Assembly: GCF_006345805.1 (NCBI RefSeq)
Contig: NW_021829314.1
Location: forward strand, 1-5,852
DNA: 5,852 nt
Reading direction: 5' to 3'
From: Octopus sinensis
Lineage: Eukaryota
Positions 1-5,852 of the stretch are shown here, piece by piece (position 1 is the first letter of the stretch; each line of letters starts with the position of its first letter). Made by a program: the position numbers and the translations under genes. A model generated the notes under the pieces. That model ran no database searches and had not been told where the DNA came from. It worked only from the letters and a program-made list of their open reading frames with translations.

Positions 1-13
1 CGGCATCAACAGA

Positions 14-228
14 ATAGTAGTGGTAGTAGTAGTATTTTTGTTGTTGCTGTGTAGTAGTAGTAGGGTGGTAGTAGTTGGTGTTGTAGTAGTAGTGTATTAG
101 TAGTAGTAGTAGAAGTAGTAGTAGTAGTAGTAGAATTATAGTGGTATAGTAGTTGTTGTTGTTGTGGTGGTTGTAGTAGTAGTAGTAGTGGTGGTAGTAG
201 TTGTAGTAGTGATGGTGGCGGTGGTGGT
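14..228. repeat. Compound trinucleotide microsatellite (TAG)n/(GTG)n/(GTT)n
   Basis: Directly visible imperfect runs of gtagtagta, gtggtg and gttgttgtt. Confidence 0.95.
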
Positions 229-466
229 CTCGTGGTGTTTGTTGTCCACGTTGCCGTTCAGCCCTCGGTCAACCCAATCACTAAGCATAACCTGTGACAA
301 CCGGCTGTCTGAAGGCGTCCCATCCATTCCATCCGCGACCACCAAGTCGATGAAATGTCGAAAAAAAAAGCCATTGTCCAGTCTTCTTTCCTCTTTCATT
401 CTGCCTCGAGACAGGTAGAGTCCGGTGGTTGTTTCTAGCATTTTGCTCGACCGTTTAGAGGCCGCT

Positions 467-579
467 CACCACCACCTCCACCACAACAATAACCACAACA
501 ACAACAACAACCATCAACGCACTTCCTACGCTACGGTTGTTGTTGTTGTAGTTGCTGTTGTTGTTGTTATTGTGGTTGT
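467..579. repeat. Inverted microsatellite pair: (CAC/AAC)n arm, unique spacer, (GTT)n arm
   Basis: 498-512 ACAACAACAACAACC is the exact reverse complement of 535-549 GGTTGTTGTTGTTGT, with a 22-nt spacer at 513-534. Imperfect complementarity extends out to ~481 and ~579. Confidence 0.85.
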
Positions 580-633
580 AATCAGAAAAAACCAATGAGA
601 AAGACATTGCTTCCGTCACGGTCGTTGTGAAAC

Positions 634-755
634 TAGTAGTAGTAGTAGTATAGTAGTAGTAGTGGTGGTGGTAATTAGTAGTAGTTGTAGTAGTAGTAGT
701 GGTGGTAGTGGTGGTGGTGGTAATTAGTAGTAGTAGTAGTAGTAGTAGTAGTAGC

Positions 756-788
<33 letters not shown>

Positions 789-926
789 GGTTGTGGTGGT
801 GGTGGTGGTGGTGATGGTGATGGTGGTGGTTGTGGTGGTAATTAGTAGTAGTAGTAGTAGTAGTAGTAGTAGCAGTAACAGTAGTAGTAGTAGTAGTAGT
901 AATTAGTGGTGGTGGCGGTGGTGGTG
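634..926. repeat. Higher-order array of (TAG)n(TGG)n blocks punctuated by TAATTA
   Basis: TAATTA occurs at 672, 721, 839 and 900, each between variable-length TAG and TGG runs. Confidence 0.9.
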
Positions 927-987
927 GATGGATGGATGATGAGCTGTGAAGGAAGGGGAGGGGGGACATGCGTGTAAACAAAGCTAT

Positions 988-1122
988 AGGTGGTGACAGC
1001 GGCGGCGGCGGCGGCGGTGGCGGCGGTGGTAGCGGTAGTGATAGTGATGGCGGTAGTAGCGGTGGTAGTGGTAGCGGTGGTAGTGGTAGCGGTGGTGGTG
1101 GTGGTCGTCGTCGTCGTTGTAG
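988..1122. repeat. GC-rich trinucleotide array (GGC/GGT/AGC/AGT/CGT)n
   Basis: Runs of ggcggcggc, recurring ggtagtggtagcggt, then gtcgtcgtcgtc. Confidence 0.92.
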
Positions 1123-1181
1123 TCTTGGCCGTGGTGTGTCGGCGACGGGGCAAGGCGGTGCTTGAAGGTACGTCGAGGCAA

Positions 1182-1183
1182 CG

Positions 1184-1219
<36 letters not shown>

Positions 1220-1235
1220 TGTATATTTCAGTATA

Positions 1236-1266
<31 letters not shown>

Positions 1267-1271
1267 GTGTC

Positions 1272-1304
<33 letters not shown>

Positions 1305-1321
1305 TGGTTGTGGGTGTGTGT
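1182..1321. repeat. Compound microsatellite (CGTG)10, (GTCT)n, (GT)n
   Basis: Perfect (CGTG)10 at 1182-1221, (GTCT)n at ~1237-1264, then GT repeats. Confidence 0.95.
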
Positions 1322-1485
1322 AAGTGCGGGATAGGCCTTTATAGCTTTATACTACGTTGACATATTAGCAGTCTCAGTTATGCGTTCGTTCCTGCCAGGT
1401 AGGTTTTTTTTCTATAATTATATCGATATACATGTATGATGTGTGTATATACATGCGGGGAGAGGGGGAGAAAGTACAGGCTAGG

Positions 1486-1571
1486 GTGTGTGTATGCTTG
1501 TATTTATGCATGTATGTATGTGTGTGTGTGAGAGAGAGTGTCTTTATATCTGTATGTATATATGTGTGTGT

Positions 1572-1607
<36 letters not shown>

Positions 1608-1938
1608 AAAGAGAGAGTGCCTGTATATATATGTATGTATATGTGAGTGTGTAAGAGAGAGAGAGTACCTGTATATATCTGTATGTATATGTGAGTGTGT
1701 GAGAGTGCCTGTGTATATATATATATGTGTGTGTGTGTATGTGTATGTGTACGTACGTGTCCATATATCTATGTATGTACATAAAATACATTATATGCAA
1801 ATATATAATATATATATAACATATATATACATATATATATATATATACACATATACATATATATATATATATATATATATTACATATGCAGTATATATGA
1901 ACGTGTACACATGTATGTACACACGCACACACACACAT
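1486..1938. repeat. Compound (GT)n/(GA)n/(AT)n/(AC)n microsatellite with an embedded ~40-48-bp imperfect tandem unit
   Basis: The unit (GA)nGT(G/A)CCTGTATATAT..GTATGTATATGTGAGTGTGT recurs, with CCTG anchors at 1620, 1668 and 1708. A long AT-rich dinucleotide tract lies at ~1790-1900. Confidence 0.92.
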
Positions 1939-1989
1939 ATTCTTTTTACTTTCAAATACTATTCTAAACATACCTTCGTTAAACTTAAC

Positions 1990-2001
1990 TATCTATCTAT
2001 C

Positions 2002-2067
<66 letters not shown>

Positions 2068-2146
2068 GTGTGTGTGCGTGTGTGTGTGTGTGCGTGTGTG
2101 TGTGTGCGTGTGTGTGTATATATATATATGTACACACACACACTCA
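1990..2146. repeat. Compound (TATC)n(TA)n(GT)n(TA)n(AC)n microsatellite
   Basis: Directly visible. Confidence 0.95.
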
Positions 2147-2240
2147 CGTAGTTCATATTTGTTTATAGAACAAGGTCAATCACACTCCACGCAAAGGACT
2201 CCAATGAATGGTCGAGGCGGTTTATATTATGTAATATATA

Positions 2241-2469
2241 TACGATGGAATGCCGAAAAGCTCCTGGCGTTAAGGGTGTCGCAAAAGCCCTGATCGGGAG
2301 GCCCAAACTTCCGAGTATTTTTTTTTTCTTCAGGGTTTTGAAAAACTGAATGGCGGCTGCGATAAGTGTGTGAATCTGGGAGGGGGATACGCTGAATAAA
2401 ATCATAATTAAAAGATCCGCCTGTATTTTCAGTTACCTAAAGCCAGGTATTTTTCAGCACCCCTTCGTG
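2241..2469 (+). mobile_element. Non-autonomous, internally deleted mariner (Tc1/mariner) DNA transposon, MITE-like
   Basis: Left end 2243-2271 is CGATGGAATGCCGAAAAGCTCCTGGCGTT; the reverse complement of right end 2439-2467 is CGAAGGGGTGCTGAAAAATACCTGGCTTT (21/29 identical, ungapped, hand-aligned). Flanks are TA (2241-2242) and TG (2468-2469, one change from TA). The CGAGGG..AAAAGT-type terminus resembles Hsmar2/irritans-subfamily TIRs as I recall them. A transposase C-terminal remnant lies just inside the right TIR. Confidence 0.85.
2313..2399 (+). pseudogene. C-terminal remnant of a mariner transposase
   Basis: Hand translation gives EYFFFLQGFEKLNGGCDKCVNLGGGYAE* (TAA at 2397-2399). This fits the mariner C-terminal pattern FF..G(I/L).KL..RW.KC(V/I)...G.Y(V/F)E* and ends ~40 bp before the right TIR, as in full-length mariners. 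Confidence 0.8.
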
Positions 2470-2546
2470 ATAGGTAAAAGCTTATATGCTACACGTGTAC
2501 ACCTGTTCCTCGCCAAGATTTTCACACTAACTTACAGGTGAATATT

Positions 2547-2650
2547 ACACACACAGAAACACACGAAAACACACATACATACATACATACATACATACAT
2601 AGAACCATCCGTACATACATACATACATACATACATACATACATGCATAC
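2547..2650. repeat. (AC)n/(ACAT)n microsatellite
   Basis: Two ACAT runs separated by AGAACCATCCGT. Confidence 0.95.
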
Positions 2651-3009
2651 GGCAACTTTCTTCGTTGTTATATCAATATTAGAAGCCGTAGCCAAATCGA
2701 CCTCAAATCATACTCAATAGGAAGGTATATCGTGCTGGGATGGTCACGGCAGGAGAGTTTTTTTTTTATCATGTCTTTTTAGACAACACAAACATACACA
2801 TACACACAAATATGTCTGTGTCAAAATCATATATTTTAGGACCATGAAAATATGAAAAAAAGTGGGAATTTTACCGGTGTGTGTGTTACATAATAAGGCA
2901 CAAAAAGAAAATGACTCTCCCCAGACACAATAAAATCGTGTGTGTTTTTGACATAGGGATTAGGCGGATAAAGACAAGACAAGCTGGCGTGACATATTCA
3001 TGCACACAT

Positions 3010-3478
3010 ATGTATGTACTTGTGTGTGTGTGTGTGTGTGTGTGTGTTTGTGTGTGTTTGTGTGTGTGTGTGTGTGTGAGTATGTGTGTGTGAGTATGTG
3101 TACGAGTGTTTGTGTGTGTGTGTGTGTGTGAGTATGTGTGTGTGAGTATGTGTACGAGTGTTTGTGTGTGTGTGTGTGTGTGAGTATGTGTGTGTGAGTA
3201 TGTGTACGAGTGTTTGTGTGTGTGTGTGAGTATGTGTGTTTGTGTGTACGTGTAAGTATGTGTGTGTGTGTTTGTGTGAGTGTGCGTGTTTTGGTGTTTG
3301 TGTGTGTGTTTGTGTGAGTGTCTGTGTGTACGTGTGAGTATGTGTGCGTATGTGTGTGTTGGTCTTTGTGTGTGAGTATGTGTGTTTGTATGTGTGTGAG
3401 TATGTTTGCGTGTGTGTGTGTGTGCGTGTGAGTATGTGTGCGTATGTGTGTTAGTGTTTGTGTGAGTGTGTGTGTGTG
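3010..3478. repeat. (GT)n-derived minisatellite including three 52-bp tandem units
   Basis: TACGAG anchors at 3101, 3153 and 3205; GAGTAT anchors at 3078/3130/3182 and 3092/3144/3196. More diverged GAGTATGT units continue to ~3450. Confidence 0.93.
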
Positions 3479-3740
3479 CACCAGTATTCGGAAATTTGTG
3501 ACTTGTGCCCACGCTGGGGCTAACGTTGTCTCTGACCTCAAATACCTTCCCAGGGGCCATATTTCTGTTGTAACTAGTAACTAGTGCTTGCGTGGGACAC
3601 AGTTCGAAACTGCCGCCTTCCGAAATGCTTTCGTCATATGTTATAAGCTTTGTCTATTCCAACGGACCGGACGTGTCAGCTGATATCCGAATAACACTGT
3701 TAAAGTTTCGATCCCTTCCGACTACACTATGCATGCCTAG

Positions 3741-4074
3741 GTATGTATATATGCATATATGTGTATATGTATATAAATTGTGTGTGCGTGTGATATAAAA
3801 GTATATGGTACAATAAATATACAATACACACACACACGTGCGTGTGTATGCATGTATGTATGTATGTTTGTATGTTTGTTTGTATGTATGTATGTATGTA
3901 TGTATGTATGTATGTATGTATGTATGGATGTATGGATGTGTGTTTGTTTGTTTGTATGTAAGTATGTATGTATGTATGTATGTTTGTATGTATGTATGTA
4001 TGTATGTATGTATGTATGACTGTATGTATGTATGTATTATGTATGTATGACTGTATGTATGTATGTATGTATGT
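3741..4074. repeat. (AT/GT)n and long imperfect (GTAT)n microsatellite
   Basis: (GTAT)n with GTTT/GGAT/GACT variants at ~3846-4074; AT/GT/AC low complexity at 3741-3845. Confidence 0.93.
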
Positions 4075-4678
4075 AAAGGAAGGGTGTGAGAGAAGTAAAA
4101 ATAACTTGTTCTATGTTTGTATAAAAAAATGCTTCAGCCAATACATTTGGCTGCCATGTTTCACCGTTTGATTGAGTTTATAAACATGGAGCACATACCC
4201 AAATGGAATCATACCGTTTGACTGTTATTTTCAACAAGTCGCGCTATCGCGTCGTTTGACCCTCCTTGCCTCGATTTAGCTGCTATTTCACATAGAGCGA
4301 GCAACCGTACGGAACTTGGTGCGTTGGAAAATATTGCTGTTTATCTTCTCATTGCTGTTGCTGTTGCTGATGATCGTAGTGGTCTTCGTCCCAGAGTGGG
4401 AGAAGTCCGAAACGTGGTCCTTTGCTATTCGTAAGACCCGAAGAAGAGAAAGCAGGTCAACCCCCTGACACCGAGAGCATCGACGGATGGATGAATGCGC
4501 ATCCAGGCTCAACGGTTGCGTAGGAAGTCGGGGAGGACAAGAAACAGGAAGAAAGAGTGAGAGAAAGTTTGGACGAAAGAGTACAACAGGGGGTCGCCAC
4601 CCCCCCACCCCACCCCTGCCGGAGCCTCGTGGTGCTTTAGGCGTTTTCGCTCAATAAACACACACGACGCCCGGTCTG

Positions 4679-4689
4679 GGAATCGAAAC
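4679..4689 (-). promoter_or_regulatory. RNA polymerase III B box of the SINE
   Basis: GTTTCGATTCC versus consensus GGTTCGANNCC (one mismatch), 33 nt after the A box. Confidence 0.85.
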
Positions 4690-4722
4690 CGCGATCCTCC
4701 GACCGCGAGTCCGCTGCCCTAG

Positions 4723-4733
4723 CCATTGGGCCA
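4723..4733 (-). promoter_or_regulatory. RNA polymerase III A box of the SINE
   Basis: TGGCCCAATGG fits the TRGCNNARYGG-type consensus, ~10 nt from the element start. Confidence 0.85.
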
Positions 4734-4745
4734 TTGCGCCTCCAC

Positions 4746-4758
4746 TTGTTGTTGCTGT

Positions 4759-4801
<43 letters not shown>

Positions 4802-4808
4802 GCTGTCG

Positions 4809-4866
<58 letters not shown>

Positions 4867-5107
4867 GTTGTTGTTGTTGCTGTCGTTGTTGTTGTTGTTG
4901 TTGTTGTTGTTTTGTTGTTGTTTGTTGTTGTTGTTGTTGTTGTTGCTGTCGTGTTGTTGTTGTTGTTGTTGTTGTTGTTTGTTGTTGTGTTGTGGTTGCT
5001 GTCATTGTTGTTTGTTGTTGTTGTTGTGTTGTTGTTGTTGCTGTCGTTGTTGTTGTTGTTGTTTGGTTGTGTTGTGTTGTTGCTGTTGTTGTTGCTGTTG
5101 TTGTTGT
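4746..5107. repeat. Long (GTT)n/(AAC)n array with recurrent GCTGTC interruptions
   Basis: About 360 bp of GTT, with GCTGTC at 4754, 4802, 4879, 4945, 4998 and 5040. Confidence 0.96.
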
Positions 5108-5305
5108 ACAGTCTTAAGTCTTCCCTAATTCGTCTGAATCTCGGATCGAAGTCGTTCCGGCCGTGACAATTCCACCATGTTTCATGACATATGTTAACGC
5201 TCAGACTAACTACACCATACACCATCTTAACGTGTCCTTTTAAAGATAATGGTTAGCATTTCACTTAACGGAAAATACTACCCCTACTTCTAACAGGCCC
5301 AGCAA
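5108..5305 (-). mobile_element. Possible old, degenerate interspersed repeat whose 3' end runs into the (AAC)n array
   Basis: The minus strand ends ...GTCACGGCCGGA...GACTGTACAACAACAAC. It shares GTCACGGC(C/A)GGA (11/12) and an upstream TTAGAAG, in the same order, with 2679-2754 (+). The in-window evidence is weak and the boundaries are uncertain. Confidence 0.35.
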
Positions 5306-5578
5306 CTAGCTAAGCACTTCCTCTATATAACACGCTCAGCATTTAATGGCTGCATCACAACGGTGTACAACCTACAGTGGATGTGACATCGTTTATTTTC
5401 ATTACAGTTGCTTATCGTCCTATATTTAGATAAACTGTGTTTTTTTTAATGATCAATCGGATTAGGTGAAGCATGAAAACACAAGCCTGTTACGGTTTTA
5501 ATAACATCTCTCAAACAAATACAAATATTTCACTGTTTATATACACCTATGCTTCAATACCCATTCATATACGTAAAT

Positions 5579-5583
<5 letters not shown>

Positions 5584-5617
<34 letters not shown>

Positions 5618-5688
5618 TATATATATACACCTATCTATACAATATATACATGTAGGCATATATATGAATATACATATGTATATATACT

Positions 5689-5736
<48 letters not shown>

Positions 5737-5852
5737 TGTATGTATGTATGTATGTATATACTTACATACTCAAATAAATATAGATATATATATATGTGTG
5801 TGTGTGTGAGAGAGCGAGACAGAAAGAAAGAAAGAAAGAAAGGGAGAGAGAA
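5584..5852. repeat. Compound (AC)n, (AT)n, (GTAT)n, (GT)n, (GA)n, (GAAA)n microsatellite
   Basis: Directly visible; runs to the window end. Confidence 0.95.

Larger units (their letters stand above)
4399..4743 (-). mobile_element. tRNA-derived SINE with tRNA-Arg-like head (resembles octopus OR-type SINEs); 3' boundary approximate
   Basis: The minus strand reads GGAGGCGCAATGGCCCAATGGCTAGGGCAGCGGACTCGCGGTCGGAGGATCGCGGTTTCGATTCCCAGACCGGGCG. A and B boxes are at tRNA spacing, and 4733-4679 is ungapped-colinear with a recalled animal tRNA-Arg (about 39/55 by hand). The cloverleaf stems are broken, and a CpG-rich tRNA-unrelated body follows. Family name and 3' end come from recall, not from a search. 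Confidence 0.85.

Noticed and set aside
634-926. CRISPR-like or telomeric array
   Set aside because: The constant parts are only 6 bp, the spacers are microsatellites, there are no cas genes, and there are no tandem TTAGG/TTAGGG units.
724-1334. ORFs encoding poly-T/H/Y/G/S/V (724-981, 842-1153, 968-1165, 984-1181, 990-1334)
   Set aside because: These are translations of trinucleotide repeats, open in several frames at once, mostly with non-ATG starts, and bounded by TAATTA stops. No recognisable domain.
2316-2333. Strong splice acceptor-like T-run plus CAG on the plus strand
   Set aside because: Explained by the FFFLQ codons and deletion junction of the mariner relic. Exonisation cannot be shown without transcripts.
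3592-3798. 68-aa ORF in a unique island with donor-like TAG|GTATGT at 3740/3741
   Set aside because: GTG start, no recognisable homology and no clear acceptor. The GTATGT is also simply the start of the microsatellite.
4135-4153. 7-bp inverted repeat CAGCCAA/TTGGCTG
   Set aside because: Too short to distinguish from chance; not a terminator in a eukaryotic context.
1504-4171. ORFs rich in CV/HT/YI/CMYV repeats
   Set aside because: Artefacts of stop-free di- and tetranucleotide microsatellites.
4288-4608. 106-aa minus-strand ORF
   Set aside because: Lies within the SINE body and flank, has a non-ATG start, and shows no protein motif.
4666-4743. Functional tRNA gene
   Set aside because: The acceptor and anticodon stems pair poorly (GCGGA/TCGGA), and there is no T-run terminator after the head. 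A SINE head explains it better.
4352-4762. Target-site duplication for the SINE (CAGCAAC on both sides)
   Set aside because: The match is short and low-complexity and the 3' boundary is uncertain, so a TSD cannot be called.
4637-5225. Poly-Q/N/T/C/L/V ORFs
   Set aside because: Translations of the (GTT)n array with frame-switching indels, running into the SINE head.

Overview
This is non-coding-looking eukaryotic (animal) DNA dominated by compound micro- and minisatellites: trinucleotide arrays at 1-1120 and 4746-5107, and di/tetranucleotide arrays elsewhere. No confident protein-coding gene is present, and nearly all supplied ORFs are translations of simple repeats. Two mobile elements can be read from the sequence. 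(1) A ~230-bp non-autonomous mariner-type DNA transposon at 2241-2469 has degenerate 29-bp terminal inverted repeats, a TA/TG target site and the last ~28 codons of a mariner transposase, which the ORF track missed. (2) A ~345-bp tRNA-derived SINE on the minus strand (4743 to ~4399) has intact Pol III A/B boxes and a tRNA-Arg-like head. The SINE head and the extreme microsatellite density suggest an octopus/coleoid cephalopod genome (inference, unverified). The CpG-rich, trinucleotide-only first 1.17 kb ends at a donor-like AG|GTACGT and may be a transcribed exon or UTR. It contains an AAC/GTT fold-back and a frame broken by a single TAG, which are speculative but testable. I see no prokaryote-type system (CRISPR, operon) and cannot support a claim of a new biological system; the candidates are listed as hypotheses.
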